A stretch of DNA of 63,348 bases, counting the filler, from Trichosphaerium sp. ATCC 40318 (lineage: Eukaryota; Protista; Tubulinea), in assembly GCA_038496445.1 (NCBI GenBank). It is 4 parts of 4 records of this genome, joined end to end, with 100 filler letters (N's around TTAATTAATTAA, not from the genome) between each part and the next. Parts side by side here need not be neighbours in the genome. Positions count along the whole stretch, not along the records: positions 1 to 23,145 come from JALMLS010000132.1; 3 more parts are not named here. One strand, written 5' to 3'. Under the pieces are notes generated by a model. The model made no database searches. It saw only the letters and a list, made by a program, of their open reading frames with translations, and was not told the origin of the DNA. A program made the position numbers and the translations under genes. Position 1 is the stretch's first letter, and each line of letters starts with the position of its first letter. This document shows positions 1 to 10,215 of this stretch, piece after piece.

Positions 1-262
1 GGAGGATCAGCAGCGGCATCTGGTTGAGGGTTGGGCTCATGTGGTGGAAGATTAGTAGTGGCATCTGGTTGAGGGTTGGGTTCATGAGGAGGATTAGCAG
101 TGGCATCTGGTTGAGGGTTGGGTTCATGAGGAGGATTAGCAGTGGCATCTGGTTGAGGGTTGGGTTCATGAGGAGGATTAGCAGTGGCATCTGGTTGAGG
201 GTTGGGTTCATGAGGAGGATTAGCAGCGGCATCTGGTTGAGGATTGGGTTCATGTGGTGGAC
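1..262. repeat. 42-bp tandem repeat, ~6 copies
   Basis: The unit ggaggattagcagtggcatctggttgagggttgggttcatga is directly repeated and is in frame with the minus-strand ORF. Confidence 0.95.
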
Positions 263-641
263 CATGTGCATCACGCTGACGACGAAGACGATGACGATGA
301 TTAGGAGGGGGTTGGTTATTGTCGATAATAGTGAAACGAAAGTCAGGATTGCTCAGCCTAAAACGTGCAAGAGCAGCATTGAATGAAGCATTCATATGCC
401 GAGTATCACGAGACCCATCAGGCATAATCCGTTGCTTGTGAATAACATCTAGATCATCAGCCATCATATGTTTCTCATCGCTATCAGGTGTACTATAGTC
501 CTCTGAACTGTCGGAACTGTCGTCACTGCCTCCCTCGATGATAGGTGGGTCAACATAGCCTGAAGGCATGTCTCCATCCCACTGTGGGTATTCATCAATG
601 TGTTTTGTTGACTCTACCATCCTTTTAATGGTGGCTGCCAT
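1..641 (-). CDS. Acidic/Pro-rich hypothetical protein with 14-aa tandem repeats (HEPNPQPDATANPP); runs off the window
   Basis: ATG at 641 (MAATIKRMVESTKHIDEYPQWDGDMPSG...) is open to position 1. It is absent from the ORF track because there is no stop inside the window. Confidence 0.6.
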   Translation of the reverse strand, partial: MAATIKRMVESTKHIDEYPQWDGDMPSGYVDPPIIEGGSDDSSDSSEDYSTPDSDEKHMMADDLDVIHKQRIMPDGSRDTRHMNASFNAALARFRLSNPDFRFTIIDNNQPPPNHRHRLRRQRDAHGPPHEPNPQPDAAANPPHEPNPQPDATANPPHEPNPQPDATANPPHEPNPQPDATANPPHEPNPQPDATTNLPPHEPNPQPDAAADP

Positions 642-738
642 CGTTTTTGATGTGGGGAGTTTATCACGGTATCGTTCTCTTCTTCGTTTCCCAAAAAAAT
701 CAACTACAAAAAAAAAAAAGAGAGTTAGTTACAAAGTT

Positions 739-3211
739 TCAAACAGTATTTTGTGGTGACGTACGCATATTATTCTTGCCTCCCAAAGGATAAAATACAT
801 GATCTACAAAGCGAGCTACACTCACTAGGCTTACATTAGTGAAACTAGCCTCAAATCTTCCACTCCATATGCCCGTTGCAAACAACAAGTCCAAATTAAA
901 GCTTGCAGCATCTCGATACGCCCGTGAGCGAATTATTTCCATGCCTTGGTACGTCTCACCCAAACGAAACTCTTCCATAATGTTGTGTATCTGCGTGTAC
1001 AGTTAGGCCAAAAGAGAAAGATCGGTTTTGGGTTTGTTTAATCTACGTACATTGTCCAGTATGTGGTCACAACAGATAAATTTTCGTACAACAGCCCCTG
1101 CGTTTGACTTAACACGTCCTTGTCTAATTGCAAGCAACAGCTATAACCTTTATGAGTCCAACAAAGGGTGCAAAGGTTAAATAGAAACATACTTGGCTTG
1201 CAGCAATTGTGTTGTGACAGAACACTCTATTGGCAAATATCTTGTAGGGAAAGCCTGCCACCTTTACACCGTTTTCGAAAAGCTAAAAGAATGTCAGTCA
1301 ATGTCAATGAACGTCCATAACGTACAATGTCCAACTTTGCTTCATGCTCTTTAAACAAGGTGAGGTTTTGTATCACAAAAAAACACGATTTCATAAACAG
1401 CTTTATTCCCTGTGGTTTAAAGATCTTGGATGCCTGTGAAATACACACAACATGTTTCTTTAGCTATAAACATTTAAAAGACTAAAAATACCTAGAGTGA
1501 AACACTGTACATACCTCGTGCCAGCGTTTATCATCAAGCAGATATTTTGGCTTCCAGTCTCTCCAACGTGGACGTGGTACTGTTTTGCCTTCTGCTTGTT
1601 GCTCTTTGGTGTAGTCTGCATGTAACCTTCTGAACTTCTTCCACAGCCTTTGTACCTTAATGCTGTATGTGTAGGGAACTACACACAAATTAGCTTTGTA
1701 TAAAAGGGCAGCTCTTGTTAGTTCACCATACCGACTTGTTGCTGTATGTCGTTATCGTGTATAATCTTGTCTAGCGCATTATGGTAGCCAGTGTACGGAT
1801 TCAAGAAGGTGATGTTTTTCAGTACCACACCGTACGCTTTGCATTTAAGGCTAATACATCTTGTTTAGTAGGTATTTGAGAAGAAGGCTACGCACGCAAA
1901 GTCAGCCAAACAGCAGTGTGCCCCATCTCCCAGTATGAGTGCGTCTGTACCTTTAACTTTCACCCACATTGCAGTATACGCTTTGTCAATGAACGTGGAG
2001 TCTAATAAGCAAGTGAGTGTACACACTAATTGCAACAAAAGAACGTACCTGAATTACGAACAAAATTAACTTTCTGCAGAAAGTTTTTCAACGTGTAGTC
2101 TCTCACAGACAAAAAGCCAACCACATCAAAGAGATACCAAATCATATGCCGCATATATCTTTTGAGTTTTGGGGTTCTTGTTTTGTGTAAGGCGTAGTAA
2201 TCGTCTTTTTTCAACTCTTCAAAGCTTAATAAAGATGTTAGAACTAATTTTTATCTTTCAAATTAAAAACAATATGTTGTACGCCGGTATAATGGCCTTG
2301 TAATTCTGTAATGATTCCAATATCAGAGACATTTTATAATACTTTGTGGCAGCATATTGGTGTACAGGAGGAGTCAGTTGTTTGAGACAAAAGGCTCTAG
2401 CCAAGCGCCCTTTTTCAGCCAATATTCTGTATGTAAAAAACTTGGTGGTGCGCTCGTGAATGAAGGTCTCTGTCAAAACAGAAAGTTCGTCGTCCTTAAC
2501 ACGTTTCAAATTGATAACCTTGAACCAGTCGCGGTTGGGGTCTTGCAAAATGGTCAATGCATCGCTAAGAGTGGTTTGTTCCTAACATTAAATTAAAAAC
2601 AATAGCAATCAAAAAAATGTAGTGTAGAAATGAGAAATATTACTTATGTACGTACTGCTGTGCCAGCGTCATGGCCACGTAGCTCTTCCTGTACCTCTTC
2701 TGTCAAACGGTTACGTAATATTTCTTTTATCTCCACTGGGTCGCGCAATTTGCCGTATGCACCGTGCTGTGTAAGTTTTAGCTCTCTAAAGGTGAGTTAA
2801 CGTTAAAAATACAAAATCGAGGTTTTCAAAGGGCCAAGTTATACAAAACAACCACGTACTTGTAGAGCAAGTTTGTTTCTCCCTTCTTTGTTATCAAACT
2901 GTTCAAGTTTTCTGCATTCCAATGATTTAGCGTGTCCCCAGCCACAAACCTGCGTATGCGATAGTGGGTTTCCAAACAAGCTAATACAGGTAAAATACGT
3001 TAGTTTGTTAAAAAAAATAGACAAAACTAGACAACAGTGCAGTTTTTACGCCTGGCACGTTGTAAAAAGTTATAAAGTAGTGAAAAACTGACGCACGTGC
3101 GTTGCTGTCTATAATCCTCTCCTTATCTTGTTTGTACCAACTTGCTTCCAATGCAAGCCTACTAGCAAAGCACGGTACATCCATAGCATCTAGATTAACA
3201 ACCGTTGACAT
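739..3211 (-). CDS. Multi-exon hypothetical protein; C-terminal half homologous to the family at 14.9-22.6 kb (family member A)
   Basis: Chain of ORF-track exons separated by short GT-AG introns. The motifs VIQNLTLFKEH, LLLAIRQ and YRDAASFNLDLLFATG match VIQKDVDAFKQH, LFLAIRQ and YKAVTSFDLDLLFNRG in the downstream paralogues. Confidence 0.65.
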
Positions 3212-3479
3212 ATACCTCTTTATTTTTGAGTTAAGTCACCCTAGCACTCAGTACAAGAAGCAAAATTCCACATTTACCATTTCCTACCAATAAAAGCGCT
3301 TACATGTACCTTTAGCGCTGAAACCGAAAAAAGTGCTCACGTGAATTCACTTCAGTGAATACTAGCCTCGAAAACCGAACTTTTGCTAGCAGCGCTGAAT
3401 CTTTCTCAGGTACTTTGTTTTAGTCTTACGAACGTTTTTTAACCAGGTATACCATTCATAGAAAGTTAAAACGGTTACC

Positions 3480-5980
3480 ATGCCCTAAACACACTGCTTC
3501 CGTGCAAAAACGGTGTGAACATGTGGAGACAAAAATTTTTGCACACAGGGAAGCCACTTCGCTTTGTATTAAGTGAAAGCTTACCCAACACACCCAACGT
3601 GCCATACAGCGTACGCCTGTGTCGTTACCTCAAACTTTGCATTTGTTGATGGCACGTGGAAAATGTTTTTCACTGAACAGGTTTCTGGCTGGAGACGTGT
3701 TCAGTGAAACTGATATTGTGAAACTTGTGCTGCACAAAATTGCATGGTTGATGAGCGTGGCGCTACAAAACTGTTTTTGTTGTAACGCCACGCTCACCAA
3801 CCATGTTTTATTTTGTTTTTCAAGCTCATAAAGCTTGGTCAACAATATTAAGCACTACGTTGGACCTTAAAGCAACTATGAAGTGTGGTGAGCATGATTT
3901 ACAAGCAATTACAGCTTGTACCGCATATTTGCGGCGAAATGCGAAAAAACAGGTACAAACAAAGCTGAAACATCACGCAATGAGATGAAATCAACGCAAA
4001 GTGGTGAACCGGTACGTTGTAGCGCAATCCATCTTTTGTTGTCACTTGTGGTGGCAGTTTTGTACGTAACTAACCTTAGAATAGGCGCAGAAGCGCAAGG
4101 AGCAACAAACGGTACGTACTTTGTGCTAACAAGCAAATTTGTTTTTTTTTTGCTGATCTGCATTCGTTTGCATTGTATCCATCCTCTAATCACTAAATAG
4201 AAGCGTTTGCGATCATTGTGTTTAAGTTGATACCATCTTAACACAAACTTCATTACAAACACGGAGAACGCAACCACACACACCTTGGGGAGCTTAATCG
4301 AACAAGTACGTTGTTTTTGAGCGCGCGAGGGCGCAAATAGCGTATTGCAGCTCTAAACGCTCAACTTTAGCTAGAAAAAAGTGCTGTGACCTCGTCTTTG
4401 CATATTCCGACGAGTTTGCGTTTAAAGATGGCTGAAAACCCACCTGTACGATCAACGCGTTAGAAACCATCTCCTATTCATTCTTAACTCTTTTTTAGGC
4501 ATGCAAACGCCAAATGGGACTACAAAACTGTACGTAATTCTCTTTTCCGTTTTTATCGCTTTTACGGCGTCTACAACTCTAAAAAAAAGCAACAGCGCGA
4601 AAAAAACCAACGGTTAGTTTTTTATTTTGTGTTCGAAACAAACTGTACACCATTTCTTCTACTTTTTCATTTCAGCGCCTTCTTGGCCGTTTTCAACGCC
4701 TTTTTCATCAAATTTACACACAATAGGCTAAAAACGCTTATTTCTGTTTTAGATTTTACAGGCGTGAGTTTAATCGCTACACAAGACCCTGTAATCAACA
4801 GCGCCAACTCAATCGCAGAAAAAGATGCTTTGCTGTTGCCCATGGACATTGTACGATTAGAGGGCTTCATAACGTCCAGAGATGTCCTGTCCCCTGAAGA
4901 AAAACAGTAATACCTTTGCTACTGCCTTCACTCACTTGTTTAGGTTAATTGGCCCTTTTCATGGCAGTTCAGACCTAGTACTAGCTCACGAAGGTTCAAA
5001 GTTGTACGTACAGAGTTTTATTTTCCTTCTTCTTTTCTTGTTTACATGCGTTATTACAATTACACATTTCTGCTGTGCTTGCAGCTGTAGTTAGCGTGAC
5101 ATTGATTATCTCTCTGTTGCACGTTGCCTCACTGATTATTCTTTGGGGTTGAATCTACGCTGTGTTGCTTGTAATGGCTTGAGTGTTTTGTTTTCTCTCT
5201 TTTCTGCTTTTGAATTGCCTTTTGGATGTCACCCAACTACATTGAGCAGGACATTGATCATCTCTGTCCTGTGTTGTGCCCATTGATCATCCTCTGGGAC
5301 TGAACGTGTTCGTCTGTGGTGGCGTTGCATTGGATAATTCAATTCATTTTTCATTTCTCTTTTTTTTTTATCCTCCTTTCTTGCAACTACCCTTTGAGCG
5401 TCGCCCAAACAACTCTGAGCAAGACACTGATCATCTCTGTCCTGTGTTGTGCCCATTGATCATCCTCTGGGACTGAACGTGTTCGTTGTGGTGCCGTTGT
5501 AGAGTATTTTTCAAGTTGGCAACATCATTTCTTGTTTTATTTTGCGTTTTTCTTCTATTGTATTTCACCTACCGCTTTCTTATTTACTTTATAGTCCTCT
5601 GCAACAATTTAAAGACCAATTGGAAGCTATAAACCCCTCATCACCGACCTCACTGTTGAAAGCCATAAGCGACGTGTTTGATATGTTTGATGACACACGA
5701 GATATGCCTTTGGAAAGTGCAGTAATAGAAGAGTTGATGATACCGATGAAAGCAGAGCAAAAACAGTTAATACACCAAACATTGGTACGGTAGATGTATC
5801 TCCTGTAGCCACGGTGCTTATTGTTTGAGGTAGAGCCAACATTTGGACTTTTTATATGCCAATTACAACGCTTGCTACTACTCTCCTAGCCAACGTAAGC
5901 GCATGTTGGCGGCCTGTTTTCTTTTTTATCGGTATTGTTTCGATTTCTAAAGTGAATAGATAGATACTTACTGTATTTTT
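3480..5980 (+). CDS. Multi-exon hypothetical protein, possibly the 5' part of the UDG-fold gene
   Basis: Short open exons flanked by gtacgt...ag introns (e.g. FLAGDVFSETDIVKLVLHK, SLIATQDPVINSANS, PLQQFKDQLEAINP). No recognisable domain. Confidence 0.35.
5243..5499. repeat. ~85-bp direct repeat pair (5243-5327 and 5416-5499)
   Basis: tgagca(g/a)gaca(t/c)tgatcatctctgtcctgtgttgtgcccattgatcatcctctgggactgaacgtgttcg occurs twice. Confidence 0.9.
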
Positions 5981-5983
5981 AGC

Positions 5984-7307
5984 TTGTTGTATAAACCTGG
6001 CCTGACATCTAGACACAGAAGAAGTAGAAAAGTGAGAGAGAAAAAGAAGCAGCTTGCAGCTTGGGTACTGACAAACAGTGCATTCTATTCTTTATTAGGA
6101 CTTTTTGTGATAACACTACGCTTTAGAGCCATTTCCAAGCGGTGTATTTTTTACGTGTCAACTGCAGTTTGTGCAACGATTCCGCCAAAACGGTTCCCTT
6201 TGGCAACAAGGTGGCCGATAGCGTCTTTTTTAACAACCACTATCCCATATGCACTTACGGTTATGGCGATGAGGACAGTTACAGGCAAGCACCACGCCAT
6301 TCGTCAAACAGATGCTTACTTTTGGTAGCAAGTCCAAGTTGAAGATAATCACCGTTGGTTACAATGGCTCTCTAAGAGATAATCGCCTCAAAGGTGATTT
6401 AAAAAAGTTGCACAAAGGTTACGTGGACGACTCTAATGGCATCTCACTGGCAGCTGCTGCGGAGCTGAAGCGATTGGCCAACCACTACTTCGATGAGGTA
6501 CTAAAGAGATGCTGCAACACAACGCGTATACTAACACCTGTTACAAGCCATCACCGCCAAGTATGTATGGAAGGGAAAAACCCAAAAGGTACAGCACTTT
6601 GGGTCACTCCTATTACCGCCTTTACACCTTGGGTTTGGATCTGCTGAATTGCAGTTATGACACTGAGAAGGAAAACAGAGCGTTACACTTGGATTTGCTG
6701 TGTGCATACGCTACCAATCCTCACTGGGGCAAGGTCTCGGACGCTTGGAAGATGAGCGACAAATCCACGAAAGCCTGCAAAGCATTTCTTCAGAACAAAG
6801 GTGTGCTTGCTTTTCTTTTTTTTTTTGTTTTGTTTTATTTACCATTTCAATCACCAACCCCTCTTCAAGGAGCAAGAGAGTACCTGGCGCAGAGATTTCA
6901 CCCATTGGCAGTCAACAGGTTACGTCAATTGAACCCTCACGTAATGTTCACTGGCCTTCATGAACAATGGCTTAAATTATTGCCAGGCACTCCTGTCTAC
7001 AAATGGAAGCATTTGATCATGGTACTTGCACATTTTTGTGGCTTTAAACTGCGTGTATACCCAAAAAACTCATTCCATTTAGATCCAAAAAGAAGTGAAA
7101 TCTATACAAGTGCTTTGTACAGTGTTGCGCTGGCCCGTGCTTAGCGATCCCAACCAAAAGAAACAACACCACTGCATAGTGTTCAACATAGCGCCTTGTC
7201 AACAACCTTTTGGATGCATGAAGTACGAGCAAATACCTTTTCTAGTGCGAACATACTACAAGCCAGAGATTGAAAAGTTTTTAAAAGAGTACAACTATAC
7301 TAAATAA
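5984..7307 (+). CDS. Uracil-DNA glycosylase (UDG) superfamily-like domain protein, spliced
   Basis: The spliced product reads YPICTYGYGDEDSYSKSKLKIITVGYNGS...NHYFDE...LLNCSYDTEKENRALHLDLLCAYATNPHWGKV...LRQLNPHVMFTG. This follows the order of UDG-fold motifs (hhhhGxN; hDh...AT; LxPxhhhhG). Recognised from memory, not searched. Confidence 0.5.
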
Positions 7308-7813
7308 ATACATTTCCCCAAAAAAAGTGCTACTTTAGTTTTTTTAGCCTACAAAAGCTGCATAAGAGACGATCTATGACTTGAACACATTTATTTACTA
7401 CAGGTGACTATTTTACAGAGGCTACACCACGACACACAACTATTATGGAGCGTACGTATAACGATCAGCAAAAAAATTAACGGTTTTTTTTAAAATTATT
7501 TTCAAAAAACGATAAAACGCAATAATACCGTTTCGTACCGTATTAGCGCTACAAACCTTCTTTTTACCTTTTAAAATTATTAGTTTTTTGCCCCTTTTTT
7601 CTAAAAACATGTTTTTCTTTTCATTGTCCTGTTAAAAAGTGCACTTACTGGTGTTTACCTACAAGAGCGTGCTTAAGAGTCGTATGTACATACTAACAAC
7701 TTCTCCTTGTAGGTGATCCCCCACCAAATGTAAATTTCTCAAATCCTGGATCTTTGAGACTCGTCTTCAAAGTAATAGATGGTCATGTTACTGTATCCTT
7801 AGTAAAACACAAC

Positions 7814-8813
7814 ATGGCACAATTTTCCTATAGCGAATCTGGTATAGACGATTCACAAATGGACATAGATGACCCTGGCTCAGACTCAGACTCAGACTTT
7901 CGCTCAGACTCAGACTCAGACTCAGACTTTCGCTCAGACTCAGACTCAGACTTTCACTTTGACTCTGACTCAGACTCAGACTCAGAATCAGACTCAGACT
8001 CTGACTCAGACTCAGACTCAGACTTTCACTTTGACTCTGACTCAGACTCTGACTCTGACTCTGATTCTGACCGTGACTCTGACTCTGACTACGTACCGTC
8101 AGGTTCTACAACTTCGGACTATAGCCAACTTCATGGAGATGACTCCGACTCTGATGACACACCGTCAAGTTTTACAACGGTTTCGCCTATGTCTACAGCT
8201 ACACCAAGTACTACGTACGTTTGGTAAGACAGAACACTGTTCTTACTTTCTTGTCAGCACAGAAGATGCCAGCACAGAAGATATACAAGAACACCTGCGG
8301 AAAAAATTTGCAAATGCTCCAGAAGCGTACATCAAAGTTGACCCAGTGTTCCCTGGGTTTTATGAATTAATAGCTCATCTAACAAACGCTACCCCTACAC
8401 CTACACCTATAACAGATACTGCGCACGTTTGGTAAGACAGAACAATGTTCTTACTTTCTTGTAGTGGATCTGACAGTGCAGAAGATTCAGATGAACAGCA
8501 ACTTTCAAATGCTCCAGAAGCCTACATCCAAGTTGATTCTGACTCTGACGCCAATAAGACACCCTCAGGTGCTACAACGGTTTCACCACCTAGACAAAAC
8601 ACTACGCACGTTTGGTAAAACGGAACAATGTTCTCATTTTCTTGTAGTGGATCTGACGACGCTTCAAGCTTTGAAATTACAATTCTTCACTCAGGTGACG
8701 AAGCAGAACCAATGCAGGGACAAGACCATAGCCCTGACATTCAGTCACAGGAGGAGGAGGAGGAAGAAAAAGTAGTTGACTTCTCTGTATTTTTATATTC
8801 ACAATCAGAATAG
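7814..8813 (+). CDS. Ser/Asp-rich (SD-repeat) acidic low-complexity protein, 4 exons
   Basis: [28 protein letters not shown]... Three near-identical 42-43 nt phase-2 introns (8215-8257, 8423-8464, 8606-8647) keep the frame to the stop at 8813. Confidence 0.65.
7877..8090. repeat. (GACTCA/GACTCT)n hexamer repeat encoding Asp-Ser dipeptides
   Basis: Directly visible microsatellite. Confidence 0.95.
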
Positions 8814-8943
8814 AAGAAAAAAAAAAAAAGCTACACAACAATAAACTTTTTTTTAAAAATTAATTAGCTTTACTTTTTATTGGCATAGATTTACACTTAT
8901 CACATTGACCAACAGGTGAAGCTACCACAATCTATCACTCACT

Positions 8944-9891
8944 TTAAGCCCTATCATCTTCCTCCCAACACCTCTTACTCTTCCGTGCGCCTTTCTCGTA
9001 CTCGTCCTGCCTCTTTAAACGCCCACTTTCATACCACTCGGTGTACTTGCCATGTGGTCTACCGTAAGCGTACGCACACTGTGAAACCAGGTTGCCACCC
9101 TCATAACAAAATGACCATCCATGTCGCTTGTTGTACCGGTACTGTTTTATATATCGCAGCGTTTGGTCGTTGTTCCACTTTGTGACCAATCCGTGTTTGC
9201 AATCGGTAGAATGTTGCACAGACCTTGCACCTATTTTATTGATACAACCGTAGCATTTGGGTGAAATGGCATTTTCTAGCAAACTGGAGATCATCTTTCT
9301 GTTCATTGGGTGTGGAACAACAACTTCGCTATCTGTTGGACGATTGTATATCAGCTCTTCGCGCCCACCAAGATGGTTGAACAGGTGCAAAACCTTCACA
9401 TACATCTTACCACCATCTACACAGATTTTGTACGCGCAAGTGACTTCTTGTGACTTTATCTCATACATCTCTAGTTCAATGAGATAGCTGGTATCGTTCA
9501 TTGTTTCTGTTGGATACGTTACTCGGAAAGCGCTCAGCATTCGCCCTTTGTAGTAACTCACAGCCAGGTCCACACGCTTGAATCCATCGTAAGTTATACA
9601 ATCTCCATGCATTTGCCCATTTACAAAGTTGAATAGCCTACTCTCAGATCTCCACATGCCGTGCTTATTCCAGTTTTCGTCAAAGCGTAAAAAGGAAAGC
9701 TGGCTATCCAAAAGCGGCCACACTTCGTTCACTTTCAAGTCCAATTCCATTATCATCATCTTTAATTCTGTTGGCAAAGTCAGCAGTGTTCGAGCCTACA
9801 AAAGACGAAAAAACAAGGTAAGGATTCATAGCAAGCCAAAATCTCTCCATCTCACCTTGGTGTTGCCGCTAAACCTCTTTTTAGCTGCCAT
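8944..9891 (-). CDS. F-box-like motif + MORN-variant (MORN_2/YwqK-like) repeat protein
   Basis: MAAKKRFSGNTK, then a 60-nt intron (9796-9855), then ARTLLTLPTELKMMIMELD (F-box-like). Repeats such as HGKYTEWYESGRL and HGLVTKW follow. Confidence 0.75.
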
Positions 9892-10215
9892 CTGTGATGT
9901 TCAGTGTTATAGATGGGTGTTTATTAATTATAAACAATTGCTGCAACTAAGAATGATGTAATTCTTACATAGTTTTTTTGTAGATTTTCTGGATTGTACA
10001 TTGGAGTTTTATAGGAAAAGCCACGTGATAGTATGTTTTTTTTTTTCCTTTTAAGTCAACACTAATTCACCACAGTGTAGTTTTATTAACATATAATCGA
10101 TCGATTCTTGCGCTAGAAGGCTTCAGGTATGTAGTACTGGTATCTCCCTTCTTTTCTTTTACCTTTGCGCTTAATACCAGTAAATTAGACTTATATGTCG
10201 TTCTTTAGTTACATT

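Noticed and set aside
1-262. 42-bp array as a CRISPR array
   Set aside because: The units are contiguous with no unique spacers, the length is a multiple of 3 within an ORF, the context is eukaryotic and there are no cas genes.
24-386. Plus-strand ORF (RRISSGIWLRVGFM)n
   Set aside because: It is the antisense shadow of the repeat. The minus frame is longer and starts in unique sequence.
1227-1325. Apparent premature stop (ICQ*) making gene 739-3211 a pseudogene
   Set aside because: A gtacgt...ttttag intron at about 1325-1284 shifts the frame to LFENGVKVAGFPYKIF and removes the stop.
7877-8090. Staphylococcal Sdr/Clf adhesin or bacterial contamination
   Set aside because: No signal peptide or LPXTG motif, and the gene has spliceosomal introns. 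The similarity is low-complexity only.
7869-8220. (QT/LT)n ORF
   Set aside because: It is an alternative frame of the GACTCA microsatellite. The SD frame has the start codon and splices consistently.
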